Shown here in pieces: positions 28,124 through 36,370 of a stretch of DNA of 64,000 nucleotides; the first letter of the stretch is position 1; each line of letters starts with the position of its first letter. Origin of the DNA: an uncultured Actinomycetes bacterium. GTDB lineage: Bacteria > Actinomycetota > Thermoleophilia > Gaiellales > JAICJC01. The DNA lies in NCBI GenBank assembly GCA_963695025.1, contig CAVOFQ010000003.1, positions 1,962,245 to 2,026,244 on the forward strand. Reading direction: 5' to 3'. The notes beneath the pieces were generated by a model that saw nothing but the letters and a program-made list of their open reading frames with translations, was not told the origin of the DNA and ran no database searches. Both the position numbers and the translations under genes were made by a program.

Positions 28124-29755
28124 CTACTCCGCGTCCATGAACGGATACCGGTAGTCGGTCGGCGAGACGAACGTCTCCTTGATCGAGCGTGGGCTGACCC
28201 AGCGGATCAGGTTCCACATCGAGCCGGCCTTGTCGTTCGTGCCCGACGCCCGCCCACCGCCGAACGGCTGCTGGCCCACCACGGCGCCCGTCGGCTTGTC
28301 GTTCACATAGAAGTTGCCCGCGGCGTTTCGAAGCGCGCCGGCGGCGTGGTCGATCGCCCGCCGGTCGGTTGCGAACACCGCCCCGGTGAGCGCGTACGGG
28401 GAGGTGCGGTCGACCAGGTCGAGCGTGTCGTCGATGCGCTTCTCGTCGTACACGTACGCGGTCACGACCGGGCCGAAGAGCTCGCGGCGCATCAGGTCGA
28501 ACCCGGGATCCGTCGTCTCGATCACGGTTGGCGAGACGAAGTAGCCCTCCGAGTCGTCGGTCTCTCCGCCGACCAGAACCTCGGCGTCAGAGGCCTCGGA
28601 CGCCAGCCTGACCGCGTCCCGCTGGGTCGCAAACGCGTCGGCGTCGATGACCGCGCCCATGAAGTTGCGGAAGTCGCGCACGTCGCCGGTGCGGATGGTC
28701 GCGACCTGTTCCCTCAGGGTCTCGCGCAGCTCGGGCCACAGGTTCGACGGCACGTAGACACGCGATGCGGCCGAGCACTTCTGGCCCTGGTACTCGAACG
28801 AGCCCCGCACCACCGCCGTCGCGACAGCGGCCGGATCCGCGGACGGGTGCGCGAAGATGAAGTCCTTGCCCCCGGTCTCGCCCACGAGCCGCGGGTAGGT
28901 GCGGTAGCGGTCGATGTTCTGGCCGACCGTGCGCCACATGTCCTGGAAGACCGGCGTCGACCCCGTGAAGTGGATCCCGGCCAGATCCGGGTGGGCGAGC
29001 GCGGCAGCGCCGATCTCGCGGCCCGATCCGAGCACCATGTTGATCACGCCCGGGGGAAGGCCCGCCGCCTCGTACAGCCGCATGAGGAAGTGCGCGGGGT
29101 ACACCGCGGTCGATGCCGGCTTGAAGACGACGGTGTTGCCCATCATCGCCGCCGCGGTCGGCAGGTTGCCGGCGATGGCGGTGAAGTTGAACGGCGAGAC
29201 CGCGAAGACGAATCCCTCGAGTGGCCGGTACTCGATCCGGTTCCACGTGCCCGGCCCCGACACCGGCTGCTCGGTCATGATCCGGTGCATGTAGGTGAGG
29301 TTGAAGCGCCAGAAGTCGACCAGCTCGCACGCGGCATCGACCTCGGCCTGGTAGGCCGTCTTCGACTGCCCGAGCATCGTTGCGGCATTGAGCGTGTCGC
29401 GCCATGGCCCGGCCAGAAGCTCGGCCGCGCGCAGGAACACCGCGGCCCGCGCCTCCCAAGGCGTCTGCGACCACTCCACCCGCGCGTCCGCGGCGGCCTC
29501 GATCGCCTGGGCCACCTCGGCCTCGCCGCCGCGGTGGAACTCGGCCAGAACGTGGTCGTGATCATGCGGCATGACGGCGTTCGCAGTCCGGCCCGTTCGC
29601 ACCTCGCGCCCGCCGATCACCATGGGGATCTCGGTCGTGCTGCCGGCCAACTCGTCCAGGCGTGCCTTGAGCGCAGCGCGCTCCGGCGATCCGGGCGGAT
29701 AGTCGCGCACCGGCTCGTTGGCCGGCACCGGCAGGTTGAAGACGCCCGCGCTCAT
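28124..29755 (-). CDS. pruA: L-glutamate gamma-semialdehyde (1-pyrroline-5-carboxylate) dehydrogenase
   Basis: ORF trimmed to ATG 29755. SPFNFTAI, GETGGKD, EYQGQKCSA and the C-terminal NDKAGS...DYRYPFM are typical of PruA/RocA. Confidence 0.9.
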   Translation of the reverse strand: MSAGVFNLPVPANEPVRDYPPGSPERAALKARLDELAGSTTEIPMVIGGREVRTGRTANAVMPHDHDHVLAEFHRGGEAEVAQAIEAAADARVEWSQTPWEARAAVFLRAAELLAGPWRDTLNAATMLGQSKTAYQAEVDAACELVDFWRFNLTYMHRIMTEQPVSGPGTWNRIEYRPLEGFVFAVSPFNFTAIAGNLPTAAAMMGNTVVFKPASTAVYPAHFLMRLYEAAGLPPGVINMVLGSGREIGAAALAHPDLAGIHFTGSTPVFQDMWRTVGQNIDRYRTYPRLVGETGGKDFIFAHPSADPAAVATAVVRGSFEYQGQKCSAASRVYVPSNLWPELRETLREQVATIRTGDVRDFRNFMGAVIDADAFATQRDAVRLASEASDAEVLVGGETDDSEGYFVSPTVIETTDPGFDLMRRELFGPVVTAYVYDEKRIDDTLDLVDRTSPYALTGAVFATDRRAIDHAAGALRNAAGNFYVNDKPTGAVVGQQPFGGGRASGTNDKAGSMWNLIRWVSPRSIKETFVSPTDYRYPFMDAE

Positions 29756-29793
29756 TCTCTCTAGCCTACCCAAGCACGGCGTGGTCGGGAGGG

Positions 29794-30732
29794 TTGACCC
29801 GTTCGCTGTGGGCGTGGATCTCGTCTAGCCTGGAGGGCGTGGCCTCCGTCGTCCGAGCCGAGTCGCTGACCAAGCGGTTCGGGAAACTCACCGCGGTTGA
29901 CGACCTGTCGTTCGCGCTCGAACCGGGCACGATCACCGGGTTTCTCGGTCCCAACGGCGCCGGGAAGACGACGACGCTGCGCATGCTGCTCGGCCTCGCG
30001 GCGCCGTCACAGGGCCGGGCGTTGATCTTCGACACGCCGTATCGCGAGATCCACAACCCCGCCCTGCGAATCGGCGCGGTGCTCGAGGCGACCGACTTTC
30101 ACCCCGGGCGCTCGGGCCGAAACCACCTCCGCACCCTCGCGTGCGCTGTCGGTATCGCCGACTCGCGGGTCGACGAGGTGCTGGGCGTCGTCGAGCTTGA
30201 CAGCGCGGCGAACCGGCGCGTCAAGGGCTACTCGCTGGGCATGCGCCAGCGGCTCGGCCTGGCGGCCGCGCTCCTGGGCGATCCCGAGCTGCTCGTCCTG
30301 GACGAGCCCGCCAACGGCCTCGATCCCGAGGGCGTGCGGTGGTTGCGCAACTTCCTGCGCGCATTTGCGAGGGAGGGCCACACCGTGCTCGTCTCGAGCC
30401 ACGTGCTGGCCGAGGTGGCGCAGACCGTTGACCACGTGCTGATCATCAACGACGGGAAGCTGGTGCGCGAGGCGCGCCTCGACGAGCTGACCGCCACGGT
30501 CGGTGGCTCCGTGCGTGTGCGCAGCCCCCAGGCCGCGCAGCTGCAGGAGGCGCTCACCAAAGCCGAGATCGACGTGACGGGCCGCAACGGCGCGCTGATC
30601 GCCAACGGCACGACCGCTGAGCGGGTCGGCGAGATCGCCGCCGCCACCGGAGTCGTCCTGCACGAGCTGGTGACCGAGGAGTCCTCGCTCGAGGAGATCT
30701 TCCTGAACCTGACGTCGGAGCCGGAAGCGTGA
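29794..30732 (+). CDS. ABC transporter ATP-binding protein (ABC-2 exporter type)
   Basis: GPNGAGKTT Walker A, YSLGMRQR signature and LLVLDEP Walker B. The start is uncertain (TTG 29794 or GTG 29839). Confidence 0.85.
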   Translation: MTRSLWAWISSSLEGVASVVRAESLTKRFGKLTAVDDLSFALEPGTITGFLGPNGAGKTTTLRMLLGLAAPSQGRALIFDTPYREIHNPALRIGAVLEATDFHPGRSGRNHLRTLACAVGIADSRVDEVLGVVELDSAANRRVKGYSLGMRQRLGLAAALLGDPELLVLDEPANGLDPEGVRWLRNFLRAFAREGHTVLVSSHVLAEVAQTVDHVLIINDGKLVREARLDELTATVGGSVRVRSPQAAQLQEALTKAEIDVTGRNGALIANGTTAERVGEIAAATGVVLHELVTEESSLEEIFLNLTSEPEA

Positions 30733-31463
30733 TCGGGCAGTCCCGCGCCGAGGTGCTCAAGATCCGCTCGACCCGGACGTCACTCGGGCTCGCCCTCGGC
30801 ATGGTGGCGATCATCCTGCTGTTCGTGCTTCTGACCGGGCTCCTGAGCTCGGTCTCGAGCCTGAGCGGGAAGGAGGACCAGCGCAGCCTGTTCAGCATCG
30901 GCAGCTTCGCCGGCCTGTTCTCGGCGCTCGCCGGCGTCCTCCTCGTGACGGGCGAGTACCGCTTTGGCACGATCCGGCCGACATTCCTCTTCAACCCCGG
31001 CCGCACCCAGGTGGTCGCGGCCAAGGTCGCGGCGAGCCTCCTGGCCGGATTCGTGTTTGCCGTCGTCGGTGAAGCGCTTTCAGTCGGCGTGGGCGCGGTG
31101 ATCCTGAACGGCCGCGGCATCTCGATCGCCCTGCACGGACACGACTACGAGCTGCTCACGCTGGGAACCCTGGCCGGAACCGCGCTCTGGGGCGGGATCG
31201 GGGTCGGTCTGGGCATGATCGTCCGCAACCAGGTGGGCGCGATCATCGGCCTCCTGGCTTGGGGGTTCGTGATCGAGAACCTGCTGTTCGCGCTGGCTCC
31301 ATCGGTCGGGCGGCTGACTCCCGGACAGGCCCAGAACGGGTTCATGGGGCTCACGACCGACCACCTGCTCGGCCCCGCCGCGGGCGGCGCGGTGTTGCTC
31401 GCATGGACGGTCGTCCTGTGCGTGGCGGGGACCGCGCTAGCGACCCGCCGCGACGTCAACTGA
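30729..31463 (+). CDS. ABC-2 family transporter permease
   Basis: 244 aa with six hydrophobic segments. 4-nt overlap with the preceding ATPase gene. Confidence 0.7.
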   Translation: MIGQSRAEVLKIRSTRTSLGLALGMVAIILLFVLLTGLLSSVSSLSGKEDQRSLFSIGSFAGLFSALAGVLLVTGEYRFGTIRPTFLFNPGRTQVVAAKVAASLLAGFVFAVVGEALSVGVGAVILNGRGISIALHGHDYELLTLGTLAGTALWGGIGVGLGMIVRNQVGAIIGLLAWGFVIENLLFALAPSVGRLTPGQAQNGFMGLTTDHLLGPAAGGAVLLAWTVVLCVAGTALATRRDVN

Positions 31464-31475
31464 CGGCGCCCCTCC

Positions 31476-32861
31476 TTAGAAGAGGGTCAGGTAGCGGTTG
31501 ATCTCCCAGGGGGTGACCTGCTCGTGGTAGGCCGCCCATTCCTCTTGTTTGGTCTTGACGTAGTAGTCGGTGTAGTCCTCGGTGCCGGTGTTTCCGAAGG
31601 CCTTGCGCAGCACGTCTGAGTGCTTGAGGTGGTGAGTGGCCTCGAGCAGGTTTGCCGGCAGAAGCTCGATGCCGCGCTTCGCCAGCTCCTCGGGACTCAA
31701 GGTGTACAGGTTCTCCTCGTTGACCTGGCCGGGATCGGCGTTGTTTTCGATCCCGTCAAGGCCGGCGGCCAGGATGGCGGTCATGGCCAGGTAGGGGTTG
31801 CACGAGCCGTCCACCGTGCGATCCTCGACGTGGCCGCCGGGGACGCGCAGCATCTGGGTACGGTTGTTGCGGCCGTGGGTGATGAAGATCGGACTCCACG
31901 TCGCGCCGCTGGTCGGCGTGCCCGCCGTGGTCGTCAGACGCTTGTAACTGTTCACCGTCGGCGCGGTGACCGCGATATACGCCTTGGCGTGCTGCTTGAG
32001 CCCACCGATGAAGTTATGCCCAATCGGCGACAGACCAAGCCCGCTCTTGTCCGACGCATCGTCGAACAGGTCGCGCTCACCCGCCTCGTCCCACAACGAC
32101 ATATGGAAATGGCCACCGTTTCCGGTCAAATGCCCAAACGGCTTGGGCATGAACGTCGCCAAAAGACCACGCTCCTGCGCCATCGCATGCACCATGTACC
32201 GAAAGAAGATCGCCCGATCGGCCGTCTCCAACGCATCAGCGAACTCGAAATTCGACTCGAACTGGCCGTTGGCATCCTCATGATCATTCGCATAACTGCC
32301 CCAACCAAGCTGATTCACATACGTCGAAAGCGTGCTCAAAAACTCGTACTGACGCGTCAACCCCTTCATGTCGTAACACGGCTGATCCAAGTTATCCAGA
32401 TGATCGGCCAACTCAATCCCGCCATCAGCCTTCTCCCGCAACAAGAAGAACTCCAGCTCCATCCCCACCTTAAACGTGAACCCCAACCCCTTCGCCCGGG
32501 CCAGCTGACGACGCAGAATCGTCCGCGGACAATACGGCCACTCCACCCCCTCCACCGTAATATCACACGCAAACCGCGCCAACCCCGGCTTAAACGGCAC
32601 CGGCGTATACGACCGCATATCCGGAATCGCCATCATGTCCGGCGACGCCGGCGACTGCCCAATCGGCCCCGCCGCAAACCCCGCAAACCCCGCCCCCTCA
32701 CCAACCAACCCCTCCCAATTCGACATCGGCACCAACTTCGCCGACGGCTTCGCATGCATATCCACAAACTGCGCAAAGAAAAACTCGATCCCATCCTTGT
32801 CGGCCTGCTTCTTCACCGCCTCGGGGTCGGCGACTGCCGGGGACCTCGTTGCGACCGCCAT
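31476..32861 (-). CDS. glutamine synthetase family protein (gamma-glutamyl-amine synthetase-like, GlnA3/GlnA4/PuuA class)
   Basis: 461 aa. MELEFFL, ANDHEDANGQFE, GNGGHFHMSLW and NSYKRL are the GS catalytic-domain blocks. Confidence 0.85.
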   Translation of the reverse strand: MAVATRSPAVADPEAVKKQADKDGIEFFFAQFVDMHAKPSAKLVPMSNWEGLVGEGAGFAGFAAGPIGQSPASPDMMAIPDMRSYTPVPFKPGLARFACDITVEGVEWPYCPRTILRRQLARAKGLGFTFKVGMELEFFLLREKADGGIELADHLDNLDQPCYDMKGLTRQYEFLSTLSTYVNQLGWGSYANDHEDANGQFESNFEFADALETADRAIFFRYMVHAMAQERGLLATFMPKPFGHLTGNGGHFHMSLWDEAGERDLFDDASDKSGLGLSPIGHNFIGGLKQHAKAYIAVTAPTVNSYKRLTTTAGTPTSGATWSPIFITHGRNNRTQMLRVPGGHVEDRTVDGSCNPYLAMTAILAAGLDGIENNADPGQVNEENLYTLSPEELAKRGIELLPANLLEATHHLKHSDVLRKAFGNTGTEDYTDYYVKTKQEEWAAYHEQVTPWEINRYLTLF

Positions 32862-33040
32862 CGGGCACCTCCACCCTCGTGATCAATGGAACAACGACCG
32901 ATCTTCGCACGCGGCCGGGAGGGTTCCAAGTAGGCACTTTTACCCAACTATGCGCTTGTGCTCTTTACGACTTTCGCCGGCTGTGGTGGGATGCCAGCAC
33001 CGCGTCCGCATGAGGTGGACCGCCGTTCGAGGGGAGATCG

Positions 33041-34576
33041 ATGGCGACTGAGACAGACAGCGGTTCGCCGGATTATGAGGGTGGTGGGCTGAGTAAGGAG
33101 ACGAACTGGTGGGGCGCGTTTGTGATTGGGTTGGCGGGGACGATCTTGGTGACGGGGATCGCGCCGGTGATGGTGACGTCGTTGGGGGCGTCGGCGGTTC
33201 CGGTGATGATTTTCATCACGATTACGGGGTATCTGTTGTGCCTGTTTTTGGCGGAGTTGTCGGCGATGATGCCGGAGCGGACGGGCGGGTCGCCGTCGTA
33301 TGCGTATGTGGGGTTCAAGGATCGGTGGCCGAAGTTCGCGCGGCATGTGAATGGGTTCACGGCGTGGGCGTACTGGCTGGGCTGGTTTCCGGTGGCGCCG
33401 TTGAACATGATTTTGGCGAGTTTCTATATCACTGAGAAGTTCAACCTGTCTCAGAGCGGCTTCACGCCGATTCACACGCCGATTGCCTATTGGACGATCA
33501 TCATCTCGGTGGTTGGCATCCTGTTGATCTTCATTCCGGCGTGGCTTGGGATTCGGCTGGGGGCGATGTTCGCGACGGTGCTGGGGTTGTTGGCGATGAT
33601 CCCGTTGACGCTGCTTGCGCTGATGCCGTTTTTGCATCCCTCTTCCAGCCATTGGGGCCAGCTTTCCGGTTTCCATCATTTGGACGGCAGCGGCTTTTTC
33701 TCCAGTGCGCTTGGGCATAACTGGCTTGTGATCTACATCGCCTTCTCGTTCCTTTTGACGTGGAACGTGATCGCGATGGAGGCGGCCGCGTGTTACATCG
33801 GTGAGTGCCGCGATCCGGAGCGCGACGCCAAGATCGCCATGAACCTGGAGGGCCTCTACGGCCTGTTCATCTACACCATGATCCCGATCGCGTTCGTGGT
33901 CGTTTTGGGCGCCACCAAGCTGTCAAACCCGCTTTTGGCCGACCCGCGCACGATCTTTTCCACGTTCGCCACGGCGGTGTTCGGAACGGGCGCGTCGTGG
34001 CTTGACTGGCTGATCGCGACCATGCTCGTGATCGCCCTGTCGCTCTCGGTGCTCAACGCGCTGATGGGGTCGGGCCGGGCGATCTACCAGATGTCGCTTG
34101 ACGGCGACTTCCCCCGCATCTTCTCCAACGTCAACAAGCACGGCGTGCCCGGCTTCTCGATGGGCTTCAACGTCGTCTGCTCGATCCTTTTGATCTTCAC
34201 CGGCGGCGCCGTCGAGATCTACAGCCTGTCCAACGTCGGCTACCTGGCGTCATTCATCCCCGTCCTGGTCGCCTACTACCTGCTGCGCCGCGACCGGCCC
34301 GACATGAACCGCCCCGTCCGCCTACCCGGATTCTTCAAATACATCGCCCTAGCCATGGCCGCGCTCTACTTCGTCATCTGGATCTACGGCGGCATCGTCT
34401 ACACCGGCCTACCCAACGCCTCACTCGGCGGCAACAACACCCGCGTCTACTACTTCATCGGCTGGGCCATCCTCCTCAGCTACCTCCCCCTCTACTGGTA
34501 CCGCGTCAAAATCGAAGACCCCAAACACGCGGCCGACAGGCAGGTCGACAGGACCGCGCCGGCGGCTGGGGAGTAG
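33041..34576 (+). CDS. APC-superfamily amino acid/amine permease
   Basis: 511 aa with about 12 TM segments. The N-terminal GAFVIGLAGTILVTG region is APC-like. GGGGAG RBS upstream. Divergent from the GS-like gene. Confidence 0.85.
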   Translation: MATETDSGSPDYEGGGLSKETNWWGAFVIGLAGTILVTGIAPVMVTSLGASAVPVMIFITITGYLLCLFLAELSAMMPERTGGSPSYAYVGFKDRWPKFARHVNGFTAWAYWLGWFPVAPLNMILASFYITEKFNLSQSGFTPIHTPIAYWTIIISVVGILLIFIPAWLGIRLGAMFATVLGLLAMIPLTLLALMPFLHPSSSHWGQLSGFHHLDGSGFFSSALGHNWLVIYIAFSFLLTWNVIAMEAAACYIGECRDPERDAKIAMNLEGLYGLFIYTMIPIAFVVVLGATKLSNPLLADPRTIFSTFATAVFGTGASWLDWLIATMLVIALSLSVLNALMGSGRAIYQMSLDGDFPRIFSNVNKHGVPGFSMGFNVVCSILLIFTGGAVEIYSLSNVGYLASFIPVLVAYYLLRRDRPDMNRPVRLPGFFKYIALAMAALYFVIWIYGGIVYTGLPNASLGGNNTRVYYFIGWAILLSYLPLYWYRVKIEDPKHAADRQVDRTAPAAGE

Positions 34577-34604
34577 CGGCGCACAGAGGGGCGCCCGGCG
34601 GTGG

Positions 34605-35006
34605 TCAGACGCCGCTGGGCGTCTCGCTGGGCAGGCGCAGAAGGTCGCGGATCGAGACGATCCCGACCAGGTGGTCGCCGTCCACGATCGGGACATGGCG
34701 GTAGCCGCCGTGCAGCATCATCGCCGCCGCCTGGCCGATCGTGGCGCTCTGCGGGGCGGTGTCCGGGTGCCGCGTCATCCAGTCGCCGACCGTGCCGTCG
34801 ATGCTGGCCCTGCCGACCGCCCGCAGCACGTCGCGCTCGGTCATGATGCCGGTCAACACGGTGCCGTCGGTCACGAGGATCGCGCCGACCCGGCGCTCGG
34901 CCATCCGCCGGGCGGCCTCGGTGAGCGCGTCGTCCGCCGAGGCCGTGAGCAGGTTCGCACTCATGACGGCCGAGACGAACTCCGCTTCGGAGCGCTTGTA
35001 GGGCAT
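34605..35006 (-). CDS. CBS-domain pair protein
   Basis: 133 aa. Contains two CBS repeats (VGAILVTDGTVLTGIMTERDVLRAV and RHVPIVDGDHLVGIVSIRDLL). Confidence 0.8.
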   Translation of the reverse strand: MPYKRSEAEFVSAVMSANLLTASADDALTEAARRMAERRVGAILVTDGTVLTGIMTERDVLRAVGRASIDGTVGDWMTRHPDTAPQSATIGQAAAMMLHGGYRHVPIVDGDHLVGIVSIRDLLRLPSETPSGV

Positions 35007-35145
35007 GGCTCGATCTTACCGCGGTGAAGGGTTCGAGAACGGACGCCCGGTACGATCCATCGCAATGCCACCGCAGGCCCACACCGGCAAGCCGTGCGTC
35101 TGCCAGCACCGGCTGGAGCGATGCGACCAGAGCTGCGTCGCCGAC

Positions 35146-35811
35146 ATGCTCGAGACGACCTTCTACATTGCCTGCCTCAAGCTGACGGGCCGCAGATGCC
35201 TGGTCGTCGGGGCCGGAGATGTCGGCCTCGAGAAGATCGAGGGCCTGCTCGCGTGTGACGCGCGCGTCGACGTCATCGCTCCCGAGGCGTGTGCAGAGGT
35301 GCGCGCGCTCGCGGCGGCCGGCGACGTCAGCTTCACGCAGCGGCGATTCGAACCGGGCGATCTCGAGGGCCGCTTCCTGGCCATTGCCGCGACGTCGGAC
35401 ACCGAGACCAACATCGCGGTCTTCGAAGAGGCGGAGCGCCGGTCGATGCTCTGCAATGTGGTCGACGTCCCGCCGCTCTGCAGCTTCATTCTGCCGGCGA
35501 TCGTGCGCACCGGGCCGATCGCGATCGCGATTTCGACAGCGGGCGCAAGCCCCGCGCTGGCCAAGCGCATGAAGCGCGAGCTCGCCACCCTCTACGGCAC
35601 CGAGCACGCCGAGCTGGCCGTCCTCCTGAACGAGGCTCGGGGGTGGGCGAAGGCCACGCTGCCCACGTTCGCCGAGCGGCGCGACTTCTTCGAGGCGATC
35701 GTCAACGGCGAGCCCGACCCGATCGCGCTTCTGCGTGCAGGCGACCGCGCCGGCGTCGAGCGCCTGATCGCGGAACGCCAGGACGAGGCCGAGTCGGCGC
35801 TCGTTATTTGA
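35146..35811 (+). CDS. precorrin-2 dehydrogenase / sirohydrochlorin ferrochelatase (siroheme synthase N-terminal-type, SirC/Met8-like)
   Basis: ORF 35005..35811 trimmed to ATG 35146. [25 protein letters not shown] Rossmann motif and [19 protein letters not shown]. Confidence 0.75.
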   Translation: MLETTFYIACLKLTGRRCLVVGAGDVGLEKIEGLLACDARVDVIAPEACAEVRALAAAGDVSFTQRRFEPGDLEGRFLAIAATSDTETNIAVFEEAERRSMLCNVVDVPPLCSFILPAIVRTGPIAIAISTAGASPALAKRMKRELATLYGTEHAELAVLLNEARGWAKATLPTFAERRDFFEAIVNGEPDPIALLRAGDRAGVERLIAERQDEAESALVI

Positions 35812-36022
35812 AGCGGTAGGTGATCCGCCCGCGGGTGAGGTCGTACGGCGACAGCTCGACCTTGACCCGGTCTCCGGGCAGGATGCGGATGTAGTACCGG
35901 CGCATCTTGCCGGAGATGTGGCCGAGCACGTCGTGCCCGTTGTCCAGCTTGACCCGGAACATCGTGTTGGGCAGGGCCTCGGTGACCTCGCCCTCAACCT
36001 CGATGGTCTCTTCCTTGACCAA
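35804..36022 (-). CDS. infA: translation initiation factor IF-1
   Basis: 72 aa. [65 protein letters not shown] is near-canonical IF-1. The TTG start lies 3 nt after the csp stop. Confidence 0.95.
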   Translation of the reverse strand: MVKEETIEVEGEVTEALPNTMFRVKLDNGHDVLGHISGKMRRYYIRILPGDRVKVELSPYDLTRGRITYRFK

Positions 36023-36025
36023 CGG

Positions 36026-36232
36026 CTAGCCGATCACCGTCACGCCCGTTGCCTCCATCCCCTTCTTGCCCTGCTGTGCCTCGAACTCAACCTTCTGACC
36101 CTCCTCCAGGTTCCGGTAGCCGTTGCCGGAGATGTTGGAGAAGTGGATGAACAGGTCGGCACCGCCGTCCTCGGGGGAGATGAACCCGAACCCCTTCGAG
36201 GCCGAGAACCATTTGACTGTGCCAGTGGCCAT
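36026..36232 (-). CDS. cspA: cold-shock protein (CspA family)
   Basis: 68 aa. [31 protein letters not shown] contains the RNP1/RNP2 motifs. Confidence 0.95.
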   Translation of the reverse strand: MATGTVKWFSASKGFGFISPEDGGADLFIHFSNISGNGYRNLEEGQKVEFEAQQGKKGMEATGVTVIG

Positions 36233-36370
36233 GAAGCTCTCCTGGTCGAGATTTTGGAACGACGCAGGTCACGCACTCACGGTCCCACACGCACGTTCAT
36301 GAGCCCCACTGCGGAGCACACGCGCCCAGTCTAAACACCGATGGCCCCAGAATCCAGCCCCCGGAGCGGG
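36233..36370 (-). promoter_or_regulatory. 138-nt spacer upstream of csp (candidate long 5' UTR/promoter region)
   Basis: This non-coding gap between the helicase stop (36371) and the csp ATG (36232) ends in a GGAGAG RBS. csp genes classically carry long structured leaders. No specific structure was verified. Confidence 0.3.

Noticed and set aside
32862-33040. A GlnR-box or glutamine-riboswitch-like element in the GS-like/permease spacer (two GTAAA repeats on the minus strand).
   Set aside because: The spacing and half-site sequences do not fit the gTnAc-n6-GaAAc pattern, and no riboswitch core is recognisable.
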